The notes beneath the pieces were generated by a model. The model did no database searches. It had not been told where the DNA came from and saw only the letters and a list, made by a program, of their open reading frames with translations. Below are positions 41,298-54,491 of a stretch of DNA of 64,000 nucleotides, piece after piece. The DNA comes from the human T2T-CHM13v2.0 reference genome, Homo sapiens. Made by a program: the position numbers and the translations under genes. The first letter of the stretch is position 1. Each line of letters starts with the position of its first letter. The DNA lies in the NCBI RefSeq assembly GCF_009914755.1, contig NC_060942.1. One strand, written 5' to 3'.

Positions 41298-42069
41298 AAG
41301 ATTGCTCCCAAACTGATATTTTTGCAATCTGTTTTGGAGAGTCAAAGTGATCTTTTGGTTTCTTTTGGAAGGCAGATATGATATAAAGCAAATGGACTGC
41401 TGAGTTATGGAGATATGAACTTGTTACATTGGTGTGCATTTCCCAGATGAATTTAGAGACTTAGCTCCTTCTCTTCTAGAATTCTACAGGAAGGCTCCAG
41501 AGAAGGCACTGTGTAAGCTCAAGTGTGCACAGGCCTGTCTTAGTTTATATTGAGCTTTGAAACTTACTTCCTTCTCTTCTGGAAAACAAGCATGATAATA
41601 ACTACTACATATGAATGATGAGAAGATTACACAATGTAGCCAAAGCACACAGCACAATGATACAGGGTCCTTCCCTTTCTTTTTCCTTTGTTTTTCTCTC
41701 TTCTGCACAAAGCCAAGCACAGGTTGCCTGTGTAACAAGTGTTCAATAAATCTTGAATCACTCACCATTGACTGTTCCAATTCAGCTGGTTAAGGCATCT
41801 AAAAGAATAAAGAATTTTCCAATCTATATTTTTAGGTCTTGGAATAAAACAACAAAAATTTTGAGTATGAGCAATTACAGCACTTGGGACAAATTTGACA
41901 ACTGATATAATATTCACTAAGGTAGTTATAGAAATTTGAACCCCTGTTTCACACAAAGCAACTAGTCAAGATTTAATGAATTATTGCCTTTGAAAAACTT
42001 AAATAATTATTTTGAAAGTCCAGTTACCTGACTTGGTCAAAATTATGCAATGCATATTTCTTTAATTTA

Positions 42070-42396
<327 letters not shown>

Positions 42397-43246
42397 GGTT
42401 TGACTAATCAAGCAGACATTCAGGAATGCAAACAACAAATGCTTTCTTTAGACTTTAAGAGACTCTCTATATGGAATATGCCACACTGATGGAATTTCTT
42501 TCAAGCAGTTTCTTATTGCCTCCTCAGTCTGTTATGAAAGCCCAGGAAGGTACTGGGAAAGAAGGACAAGTATTCTATTTTTAAATATCTTCAATAAGGC
42601 CATAGAAAAAGTTTCCTGTTAGCCTCAGGCATTCTGAAACTGTGGTTGGCAGTTAAAGGCAGCTTGTTTTCCAGGATTGATCAGATCAGATGGAAAGTCC
42701 TTTATATACTATTAGGTAGCCAGGAAGGAGTTACAGAAAGCTGCATTCTGGGCAGAGACAATTTCTGAAAAGCTGCATTATCAGTTTGAAAAATATAAAA
42801 CAACTAAATTTCTGTGAGCTACTGTGCAGTGACCACTTAAAAAGTTACTGTCATATAGAAAAGCAGCAGACCAACCAACAAAATCCTTTACAAATTCGAT
42901 CTTGGTTAGCTAGTATTTGAGGTGTTCAAATAGCGCTTGGGCTGAAGTTTGCATTTGTTTAGAAAATTCTTTTGTCAAAGATTGCTAATCAGATTATGTT
43001 GTGATTATAATGAAGATCCATAAACTATTCAAGCATATTAACCTCTTCAAGAATCTATATATAGTTTAAAATTTCTCACTGTTAGGAGGCTCTTAGGTTT
43101 ATTACAAACCATGCAATACGATTTTATCTCACTAAGTGTACGTTTGTGAGATTCAAATCACTTTTTAAGGAAGCAGGTAATTCATGAATAAATCAATGAG
43201 AAATAGGACCTTTTAGCTGACATTGTCAATTCCCTACCTACATCCC

Positions 43247-43640
43247 TGTGGCAATGATGCTTCATACATGACTTCCAAACTTCAGTCTACCTGCACCTGC
43301 AGCTCTGCCTGAGTGTTATCTGGCTGTTGAAGCCACTGAGCAAGCCAACATTGCCCATATATTCTCCATTTCCCTTTGGGTGGGTAGTAAATACCCACAT
43401 TCCTGTCCTCATGAAGTGGGATAGCTTTGAGGCCCATGTTCTAAACTATTTTCTAGTTCCCAAGATAAATTAAGCTCCAGTTGTCTACAGTGGCAACTTT
43501 CTTGAGGACACACCCTTTGTTAGCCCTTTTCTTTATTACTTCACCTCCCTACTCTCCTACCAGTTTTCTAGAATTGCCTTTCAAATAAATTCTTTATCTT
43601 CATCTCAGGATTCTCTTCTGTTGGAATATAAACTAAGACA
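43247..43640 (+). mobile_element. Old ERVL solo LTR (LTR40-like)
   Basis: 'aagctccagttgtctacagtggcaac', 'caccctttgttagcc', 'caaataaa', end 'aactaagaca'. Confidence 0.6.
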
Positions 43641-44599
43641 GAACTGTGCACACAGGAGCTTACACGTTGCCTTCTCTGGAGCATTCTTGTAGAATTCACA
43701 GGCTTCTAGGAAGGGGAATTACTCCCGAAAAACTTTGTGTGAGTCCATTCTCAAGGAGTAAAGCCTTATGCTATTAAATGGGGCACTTCTGAAGAAAGAG
43801 AAAGTTAAGAAGGAGGGTTATTTCCAAAAGCCATATTTCCCCTTTTCACAACTCTTTGGGTGGGGAAGACTGACTATGGACATTAGGAAACCCCTTCACT
43901 AAATGTGGGAAGGGCTTTTGAAAGGGGCACGTCTGCTTTCTGTCTTGGCAAGTGTTGCTTGTAGCATATTTCCTGACATTTCAGTAGAGAATGCGGCTCT
44001 GTGTAAATTCAGAAGCAGCCCCAGAACCACCAATTATAGAGATAATAATTTCTGCTCAATAATATGTAAAAATGCTACTTAAAGCTAACCCTCAATTATA
44101 GCCTATAAATGATGACAAACGTATTTCTCTGTTGTGGCAGAAATTAAAGGCTTGCTTACTGCTTAAGACATGATTTATCTGATGGGAAAACAAATGAATG
44201 ACAATATGTGGTCTTCCTTTAGTAACTGTATTTGCTGTGGGGTTAGCATCAGAAAAGTGGGGAAGGAGGCAGGGTAAAGAAATATGTGTATGCTGTATGG
44301 TGAAGGCAAGGCACAAGGTCTGTCCGTGGGTGAACATGGGGCTGATGAATCCATGGCCAGGAAGTCAATTTCTACTTGGATAGGTGAATTTCATGGCAAG
44401 AGAAAAACAGCGGTCCTGGAATAACAGGTAGGAATCAGAATTCCAGCTTGTCATGCCATGCAATGCAAATAACCTCTATCTTCATCTTCTTGTAAAAATA
44501 TGAATTGTCAGACGGATACTTTAATTTCCAGTAACACCATGGGGTGTTCGCCTGCTTCACCCCCAACTCTAATTATAGGCTAGAACTCTTATGTGTGGA

Positions 44600-44975
44600 T
44601 GTATTAGTCTGTTCAGGTTGCCATAATAAAATACCATAGGAATGGGTGCTTAAACAACAGAAATTTATTTTCTCATAGTTCTGGAACCTAGAAGGCCAAC
44701 ATCAAGGTGTGGTCAGGGTTGGTTTTTGGTGAGGGGGCTGTTGCTGGCTTGCAGATGACCACTTTCTGGCTTTATCTCCTTACATGGCCTTTCACCTGTG
44801 CTTCCGATGTTTCCTCCTCCTCTTATAGAGACATCAGTTCTATTGCATTAGAACCCTTGTGATTTCACTTAACCTTTGTTACTTCCTTACAGGCTCCATC
44901 CCCAAATACAGTCACACTGGGGGTTAGGGCTTTAACATATAAATTTTAGGGGAGGACACAGTTCAGTCCATAACA
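44600..44975 (-). mobile_element. MaLR solo LTR (MLT1A0-like)
   Basis: 'tgtattagtctgttcagg'...'cacagttcagtccataaca'; TSD GTGGA/GTGGG (44595-44599, 44976-44980). Confidence 0.88.
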
Positions 44976-47900
44976 GTGGGAATTAACGGCTTAATGGTCA
45001 CGGTTCTAAAAAAAAAACTTCTGTTCTTTCTTCCTCCACCATCCCCAGAGTACTAGGGTCACACAAAAATGCCTTGTACTCTGCAATCTAGAGACTAAAG
45101 AAATAAAATTTCATTTAGTGAATATTTATTCTGTGGCAGGCTATTTGGTATAATATTTTAATTCTCACACCAACTAGGTCCTATGCAACAGGTACTTTTT
45201 TATTTTCTAAACCAGAAAATTTAGGCACAGAAAAAGTTAGGTACATAAGCCAGGGTCCACACAGAAAGCTCTTGTGTTTTCTGTTTCATTACTCTGATTT
45301 TTCTCAATGCAGAATTGTTTTGATAATTGATTATGGTTTTAACTTTCTGTACTCTTCCCTGATATTTAGTTTTTTTCAATTGTTAAAACTTAATGGTGAA
45401 GCTTTCAGACAGACATATAGTTAAAGGGTTATAGGTTATTAAAGGTTATTTTCCATTTGAGATTAATTGCACATAAATGAATGAAAGCATTTTGAAATGT
45501 ATCATAGAAATCAATGAAAAAATAGCATTTATTTAACAAATGTTAACTTATAAGAAGAATTCTTCAGAAAGAAAATTTATGAAGGTAATAAAGGCTATTT
45601 ATTAAACATGATGGACTTATATTTCATTCCACTTATGGAAATCGAGGATAGCTGCTGTCCTACCATTTCATTCACTCATCTATCTTATATGTATGCATGG
45701 TATTCTTTTTTTATGCAAAATTTTATGCTGGACCCTGTTCTGGCTGTACATAGTAAAGAATGTACTTGAGGTACTTTTTACTCTAGTAAAGGCAATAAAG
45801 ATACCTAAAAAACTATTCAGAAAGAAGGTGCAAGATAAAAGAGCCAAATAATCCAGATTAAAAGCAATAACAACAACAATTCAATTTCTGTATCTTGTTA
45901 TGTCAAGTTTTACCAAACCCCTACCCCAAACTTCATTTATATGAAGACAGCTTGGTATAACTTAAAATAAATGTGACTATAATATATAGTCACATTTATT
46001 GTGATTATATGTGATAACATATCTTTTTCAGAAGAGTAATACAACTAAAAATACACAAATCATTGAATTCTTGATATTGAGGTTTGAAGCCTTCTTCAAG
46101 TTTATGTGAGCCCATCTCTTGCCCTTTGCAGGAATTTTTTTCTCTTGCAATAGGTACTTCAGCTTCTATGTGAAGACCTCTAATGATAGATTTTTAAAAA
46201 TATTCTGTTGATGCCCACCTTGAGACCATGAAGAAGTATTAATACAAGTAAAATTGACCTTCCAACTGGAAGTCTCATGTATTGATTGTAGAGGTTTTTT
46301 TTTCCCTCTCTCAGCAATGTGCTATTTCAATTTTTTTTTTTTTAATACACTCTTGTGCTCACATGGCTCTTAAGATCCTGGTCACACTCTTTAATTTTCA
46401 CAAGATATTCTCAGGCCCACTGCATTCTTTTTCCATTACATTTCACAAAAATCTTCCTTAGAGGGTAATTAAGTTTTACACTGGTGACTGATATCTTGAA
46501 TTTTCAGCATTCTGCTAACCATTCATATACAAACACAAATGTGCACACACACCAGCACACACAAACCACCCTACATTGACCCATTTTATAGTTTGCAGTT
46601 TAAGCTAGGCAGTAATCGATAACAATGACTTCTACTATAAGCTCACTGCCTAGGAAGATAGTCTTCTTTCTTAGAAAGGATTGTTGTGATCTACCATTCC
46701 AAGTGTTGATTTATGGTTCTTTATGCCAAAAGGAATAATATGAGTCTACTTCAAGATGGCAGCCCTATGATTATATTTTGTTTCTCTCCATTTCAAACCA
46801 TCACCGATTTCTTCAATTGCTTTTTCTATGGTATGGTTTCCAAATTCTTTACCATTGTGTCTGCTTTTCTGGTTTTTTTGCTTATTGATGTATCTTCTCA
46901 AAAATGGCTTCTACATATGACCCTAACCCTGACATTTTGTGATCCCTGAGTGTGGTTGTGATATTGTTACCTGCTTTCAAAATATGACACTTCTACTAAT
47001 ATAGGCTAAGACTACAGAAACTGCAACAAATTAGCATCACATAATTGGTTGATAATTGGGCTTTTAGTCAACCTGAAATTTTCACTTGAACTCTGGCTAA
47101 ATTAGGTATTGGTCATTATTGACTATATTGTCTTTGGTGAATTCCCTAACCATCCTTTAGCCTCAGTTTCCTGAATATATCTATCTTACTAATTGTTACA
47201 AAAGATGAAGGAAAAATGCATGTAAAGTGTCAACTCTTGCCTGAAACTTAGTGTTTATTAATTAAATAATTGTTGTTATATTTATTCTAGCTATCAATTT
47301 CCAAATAATGGTGGAATATAGTTTAAGGATAAAAATCTCCCCATTGTATGAATTTTAAATTAAACTTTCAACATCTAGGTCTATCAAATTCTATTTTTAA
47401 CACATAATTGATAAGCAATTTTATATGCATTGACTCACTTGAGTGGTATAAAACCAGTGAGATAGAAGTGACAGGTATTATCATATCCATTTTGTAAAGG
47501 AGGAAATAAAAGTTCAGAAAGGTTAAGTGACTTGTCCATTATTCTATACTTTCTAAGTATTTAAGCAAAATATCTTTGATTTTGTTATATTTTAGTGTGG
47601 CAAAATAAAATATATTTTGTTGTTTATGGAATTTGCAATAATGTCCAAAAGCTAATTGTCCAGTTAAATATATTTTTATTGCCCAGAGTTAAATGAATTT
47701 TAAAAATACATAAATTATACCAATTTATAAGTCTAAGAGAATAGCTAACTTCATTTTAGCATATTGTTTTCTTTCCATTTTCATTGGTATACAATCATAT
47801 TGTATGTAATTATAGAAATTGTACATTTCTGAATCTAAATTTTTAGTTAATAATGTTATAAATATTTTTCCTTGTAGTTACATAGAGTTCATTGCTATTG

Positions 47901-48607
47901 TTTTTTAAAACCTACATAATATTTTATTGATTTTAATAGTTTACTTAATTTTTTCAAAAAATATAGGTTAGATAATGCTGCAATGACTATTTTAAAGAAT
48001 ATATTATTTTCTTAATATAAATTACCTGGAATGATTAGGTCAAAAAGTAGGAATATTGATCAAATTGATATGGATCAAGTTACACGTATTTATGTTGCAT
48101 TTCAAAGTCTTTATATGCCAACAATGTAGACATGGCCTAAGTTAGACTGAGTTCTAATAAATTGTTTTGTAATAATTTTGCTAATTTTGATATGAAATGC
48201 TATTATATTTTTATTTTTAATTAGTGGTAAACTGAAATATTTTTCCATATTTTGGACATTTCTTCAGAACTCCCTCATAACCTTTGTCAATTTACTTTTT
48301 AATAAATTGCCTGCCAGACATTTCTGAATCCCAGTGATGGATAAAGCTGAGGGTGCAACTTGGACTCCTGATGACACTGTAATTAGAGATAAGATTGAGT
48401 ATCACTAAAGGAGATAGTTCTCCATATCTGTTACACTGGTTGTTTTTTTTTTTGGAGGCCTCTTGTGGGTAGGGCTCAGGTGAACGCCAGCAGTGTCCCT
48501 GGTGTGGTGGGCCCTCCTTCCTCTTGGCAGTGGGAAACATCTCAGCCATGCACACTGGGCATGGGCTCTAGAAGAGGGACCTCACCCTCTTTTGCTTTCC
48601 TTTACTT

Positions 48608-48919
48608 TTATTTAATTTTATTAATTTATTTGTTGAGACAAAGTCTTGCTCTGTCGCCCAGGCTGGAATGCAGTGGCAGGATCTTGGCTCACTGAAACCT
48701 CCACCTCCCAGGCTCAAGTGATTTTCAAGCCTTAGCCTCCAGAGTAACTGTGATTACAGTCATGCACCACCACGCCTGGCTAATTTTTGTATTTTTAGTA
48801 GAGACAGAGTATCGCCATATTGGCCAGACTGGTCTTGAACTCCTGACCTCGCCTCAGGTGATCGCCTGCCTTGGCCCCCCAAAGTGCTGGGATTACAGGC
48901 ATGAGTTACCATGCTGACC
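48608..48919 (-). mobile_element. Full-length AluS
   Basis: T-rich tail then 'gagacaaagtcttgctctgtcgcccaggctgg'...'aaagtgctgggattacaggcatgag'. Confidence 0.96.
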
Positions 48920-49322
48920 TTACTTTCTTTTTAAATAGGAGATTGTTAGAACAGGCCTTGCACCAGGGGACAAATAGACTGCCTCAGCCCCAAGCACTTG
49001 GACCTCACATGTCAGCTCTTAGCACCTGCTGATCTTGTGGGAAACTGGGTTTGTGCACAGCCTGTCCTGCTTGGAAAGAGTGCCTGGACACAGTTTAGTT
49101 TTATTAGGTGCCCAGGGAAAGTTTCCAAGGTGGGGTTGAGGATGTTCATTGGATAACAGGCTTGTAGGTACACAGGACTCAAATGAGATAAGGCACTTAG
49201 AGCCATTATGAAATAAAAGTTGCTAGACAAGGTCAAGGTCTGAGTGATTCCCAACATGAGCACTTCTCTAGTAACAAGGGTATGGGAATGGTAGTTTCTA
49301 AAGTCTTTTCTAAATTAACCAG

Positions 49323-51730
49323 TGATATGGTTTGGCTGTGTCCTCACCCAAATCTCATCTTGAATTTTAGCTCCCATAAGTCCCATGTGTTGTGGGAGGG
49401 ACCAGGTGGGAGATAACTGAATCATGGGAGTGGGTTCCCCCACACTGTTCTTATGGTAATGAATAAGTCTCATGAAATCTGATGGTTTTATAAGGGGAAA
49501 CTCCTTCCCCTTGGTTCTCATTTCTCTCTTATCTGCCACCTTGTAAGACGTGCCTTTCACCTTCAGCCATGATTGTGAAGCCTCCCCAGCCATGTGGAAT
49601 TGTGAGTCCATTAAACCTCTTTTTCTTTATAAATTATCCAGACTTGTATATGTCTTTATCAGCAATGTGAGAATAGATTAATACAGTAAGTTGGTACTAG
49701 TAGGGTGGGGTGCTGCTGTAAAAATATTAAAAAATGTGGAAGCAGCTTTGGAACTGGGTAACAGGTAGAGGTTGGAACAGTTTGGAGGACTCAGAAGAAG
49801 ACAGGAAAATGTGGGAAAGTTTGGAACTCACTAGAGACTTGCTGAATGGCTTTGACCAAAATTCTGATAATGATATGGACAATGAAATCCAAGCTGAGGT
49901 GGTTTCAGATGGAGATGAGGAACTTCTTGGGAGCTGGAGTAAAGGTGACTCTTGCTATATTTTAGCAAAGAGACTGGTGGCATTTTGCCCCTGCCCTAGA
50001 GATTTGTGGAACTTTGCACTTGAGGGAGATGATTTAGGGTATCTGGCAGAAGAAATTTCTAAGCAGCAAAACATTCAAGAGGTGACATATACGCTGTTAA
50101 AAGCATTCAGTTTCAAAAGGGAAACAGGGCATAAAAGTTCAGAAAATTTGCAGCCTGACAATGCCATAGAAAAGAAAAGCCCATTTTCTGAGGAGAAATT
50201 CAAGCCAGCTGCAGAAATCTGTATAAGCAAGGAGAAGCCAGATGTTACTCAACAAGACAATGGGGAAAATGTCTCCAGAACATGTCAGAGACCTTTGTGA
50301 CAGCCCCTCCCACCACAGGTTGAGAGGCCTAGGGAAAAAAAATGGTTTTGTGGGCTGGGCCAAGGGCCCCCCTGCTGTGTGCAGCCTAGGGACTTGGTTC
50401 CCTGCATCCCAGCTGCTCTAGCCATGGCTAAAAGGGGCCAAGGTACAGCTTGGGTCATGGCTTCAGAGGGTGCAAGCCCCAAGCCTTGGCAGCTTCCACA
50501 TGGTGTTGAGCCTGTGAGTGTACAGAAGTCAAGAATTGAAGTTTGGAAACCTCTGACGAGATTTCAGAGGATGTATTGAAATGCCTGAATGTCCAGGCAG
50601 AAGTTTGCTGCAGGGGCGATGCCCTCATAGAGAACCTCTGCTGGGGCAGTGCAGAAGGGAAATGTGGGGTTGAAGCCCCCACACAGAGTCACCACTGGGG
50701 CACTGCCTACTGGAGCTGTGAGAAGAGGGCCACCGCCCTCCAGACTTCAGAATGATGGATCCACTGACAGCTTGCAGTGTGCATCTGGAAAAGCCACAGA
50801 CACTCAACACCAGCCCAAGAAAGAGGCTGTACCCTGCAAATCCACAGGGGTGGAGCTGCCCATGACCATGGGAACCCACCTCTTGCATCAGCGTAACCTG
50901 GCTGTGAGACAGGGTGTCAAAGGAGATCATTTTGGAGATTTAAGATTTGACTGCCCTGCTGGATTTTGGACTTATATGTGGCCTGTATCCCCTTTGGCCA
51001 ATTTCTCCCATTTAGAATGGCTGTATTTACCCAATTCCTGTAACCCCATTATATCTAGGAAGTGACAACTTGCCGTTGATTTACAGGTTCATTGGTGGAA
51101 GAAACTTGCCTTGTCTCACATGAGACTTTGGACTGTGGACTTTAGAGTTAATGCTGAAATGAGCTAAGACTTTGGGAGACTTTTGGGAAGGCATGATTCA
51201 TTTTGAAATGTGAGAATGTGGGATTTGGGAGGGGCCAGGATGATACTGTTTGGCTGTGTCCCCACCCAAATATCATCTTGAATTGTGGCTCCCATAATTT
51301 CATGTGTTGTGAGAGGGACCAGGTGGGAGGTAATTGAATCATGGGAGTAGGTTACCCCATACCATTATCATGGTAGTGAATAAGCTTCACAAGATCTAAT
51401 GGTTTTATAAAGTATTTCCCCTTTATCTTGGTTCTCATTTCTCTCTTGCCTGCCACCATGTAAGAGGTGGCTTTTGCCTTCCACCATGATTGTGAGGCCT
51501 CCCCAGCCACGTGGAACTGTGAGTACATTACACCTTTTCTTCTTCATAAAAAAAAGACTTTACCCAGTCTCAAGTATGACTTGATACATACTTATAAATT
51601 ACCCAGTCTCAAGTATGTCTCAAGACATACTTATACCCAGACATACTTAAAAATTAGACAGTCTCTAGTATGTCTTGAGACATAAATTACCCACTATCGA
51701 GTATCAGCAGCATGAGAACAGACTAATACA
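49323..51730 (+). mobile_element. Full-length THE1C MaLR element (5'LTR 49323-49685, internal 49686-51240, 3'LTR 51241-51730)
   Basis: Two homologous LTRs (TG...CA), purine tract before the 3'LTR, perfect 5-bp TSD ACCAG (49318-49322 and 51731-51735), THE1-int sequence between. Confidence 0.95.
49734..50300 (+). pseudogene. THE1 internal ORF remnant (188 aa)
   Basis: 'GRGWNSLEDSEEDRKMWESLEL..EEISKQQNIQEVT' is the typical MaLR-int ORF; it is truncated by a stop at 50298-50300. Confidence 0.8.
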
Positions 51731-51883
51731 ACCAGTGAGTATATAAAGCCTTTTGGTTTTGAGAGAGAGAACAGTCACCTTAGAGATAGCAAGGTCAGAA
51801 GTCTAATAAATCACATTTTAATTAAAGAAAAAGCAAATATTACCTATTCCAATTGTATCAGTATGTTAGATAATTGCATGATT

Positions 51884-52818
51884 TTTTAAAAAATTAAATT
51901 AAATTTTATTATTATTATACTTTAAGTTTTAGGGTACATGTGTACAATGTGCAGGTTTGTTACCTATGTATACATGTGCCATGTTGGTGTGCTGCACCCC
52001 ATTAACTTGTCATTTAGCATTAGGTATATCTCCTAATGCTATCCCTCCCCCTTCTCCCCACCCTGCAACAGTCCCCGGTGTGTGATGTTCGCCTTCCTGT
52101 GTCCATGTATTCTCATTGTTCAATTCCCACCTATGAGTGAGAACATGCAGTGTTTGGTTTTTTATCCTTGCAATAGTTTGCTGAGAATGATGGTTTCCAG
52201 CTTCATCCATGTCCCTACAAAGGACATGAACTCATCATTTTTTATGGCTGCATAGTATCCCATGGTGTATATGTGCCACATTTTCTTAATCCAGTCTATC
52301 GTTGTTGGACATTTGGGTTGGTTCCAAGTCTTTGCTATTGTGAATAACACTGCAATAAACATACGTGTGCAGGTGTCTTTATAGCGGCATGATTTATAAT
52401 CCTTTGGGTATATACCCAGTAATGGGATGGCTGGGTCAAATGGTATTTTTAGTTCTAGATCCCTGAGGAATCGCCACACTGACTTCCACAATGGTTGAAC
52501 TAGTTTACAGTCCCACCAACAGTGTAAAAGTATTCCTATTTCTCCACATCCTCTCCAGCACCTGTTGTTTCCTGACTTTTTAATGATCGCCATTCTAACT
52601 GGTGTGAGATGGTATCTCATTGTGGTTTTGATTTGCATTTCTCTGATGGCCAGTGATGATGAGCATTTTTTCATGTGTTTTTTGGCTGTATAAATGTCTT
52701 CTTTTGAGAAGTGTCTGTTCATATCCTTTGCCCAGTTTTTGATGGGGTTGTTTGTTTTTTTCTTGTAAATGTGTTTGAGTTCATTGTAGATTCTGGATAT
52801 TAGCCCTTTGTCAGATGA
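51884..52818 (-). mobile_element. 5'-truncated young primate L1 (L1PA3/L1PA4-type), ~0.93 kb
   Basis: ORF 52162-52722 is the ORF2p C-terminus with the cysteine-rich motif ([19 protein letters not shown]); intact 3'UTR; TSD GCATGATT at 51876-51883 and 52819-52826. Confidence 0.97.
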
Positions 52819-54165
52819 GCATGATTGTTTTTAAAGTTTGAAAACTTGAGTTTTAACACGGCAATAATTACTCCTCCTAACTTAATACTTTTTCATTTCA
52901 ATTATTACTCAACTGCTGTGGTGTGACACTTATTCTCTTCTTTATTTTTATACTCATATTTCTTTTCTATGAATAGAATGAGGTTAGAATCAGTAGACTA
53001 AAACTTTAAAATAAAACTGTTTTCTTCTGAAGCGTTTTACTTGAAAGACAATTAGTTTTGTTTCTAAGTTTCAAAGGTAACATTTCTATTGAAGTTTAAT
53101 ATTAATGCAGAAAAGTACACAAATGTGTGCATTTCCAATTTCCACAAAATGAACACACAGATGTAATTAGCAACAGATAAAGAAATCAAAGTTAACTAGT
53201 TCCCAATAAAGGTCACCACCATCCTCTAGCACCCTGGATTTGTTCTGCCTGTTTGTGAAATTTATGTAATGGGATAGTGCAATATGTACTCTTTGGTGTT
53301 TGGTTTCAAAAGGTGTTTTATAAGGAAATCTCCATATGTACTGAGAATGTACTTGACTATTTCTTTTCCCAATAAAGTTCTTTTGCAATTGTGTAAGCCA
53401 TGCATGATGATTACAGTAAACTTAAAACATACAGAACAGTAGAGAAAAACAACAAGGATTTATAATCCTATCACTCAAAGACAACCATTTGGGCATATTG
53501 CCTTCTAGTATTTTATTTATACATTCATTAACTGATAAGTGTATGCATCAAATATTTATGGAACATCTACAACATGTAGACATTGTGCTAGGCACAAGAA
53601 AAACACAGGCAAACATAATAGTTTTTACATAGTTATAATGAAACTCTTTGTAAACTCTTATATCGTGCCTTTTTCTTAACCTCATATTACAGGTCCCATG
53701 CATTTTCATGCTGGCTGTTTAAAACAAAGGCAAGAGGGAGGAGATCTCACAGTTTGGGGTAGCTCTCAGGTCTTCAATATGTTATATTTGGATCTCATCA
53801 TCTTTCAGAAAGAACAGAAGATTTCTTGAGACCCTCCTGAGGCAGGGAGTGGAAGGAGATGTGATGGAAGGGAATAAGGGACAGGTTCCAGTGACAGAGT
53901 GACAGCTTCTTGCACCATCATGGTGGGCAAAAAGAAAGGGGTTGGTCTGGTGACTGAGAAATAAGTGAATACAAACTTAGGGGCTTTAAAGTTAGGGGAA
54001 ATCCGGGATTGGGAAATCTGGAAATTAGGGTAACAACTAGGGAGCAGCTAAGTAGTGAAAAACAGTGAGTCAAAGAAGGTAGTCAACTATTCTTGGAAGT
54101 AGATGCAAGGAGAGTGAGTATTCATAAGGGCAGGAAAAGTAAGAAACAACGGAAGAAAATTTAAG

Positions 54166-54491
54166 TGGCATGGTCTGAATGTGTCCCCTTAAAATTTGTA
54201 TGTGAAAACCAATCCCTAATAGGAGGTGATTAGGACATGAGGGCAAAGCCCTCATCAATGGGAGTAATGCTCTTATTAAAAAGACCCAAAAAGCTTGTTT
54301 GCCCCTTCTGCCATGTGAAGACAGCAAGAAGGCAGCACCGGTGAGGGACATGGCCCTTCTCAGACACTGAATCATCTGGCACCTTGATCTTGGACTTCCC
54401 AGCCTCAAGAACTGTGAGCAATAAATTTATGTTGTTTATAAATTACCCATTCTAAGGTATTTTGTTATAGTAGTCCGAATAGACTTAGACA
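54166..54491 (+). mobile_element. MaLR solo LTR (MSTD/MLT1A-like)
   Basis: 'tggtctgaatgtgtcccc', 'ggcaccttgatcttggacttcccagcctc', 'aataaatttatgttgtttataaattaccca', end 'gacttagaca'. Confidence 0.85.

Noticed and set aside
52043-52063. Minus-strand G-quadruplex motif
   Set aside because: Standard feature of the L1PA 3'UTR, not locus-specific.
52162-52722. 186-aa ORF with a Cys/His motif as a possible gene
   Set aside because: It is the C-terminus of L1 ORF2p in a promoterless, 5'-truncated copy.
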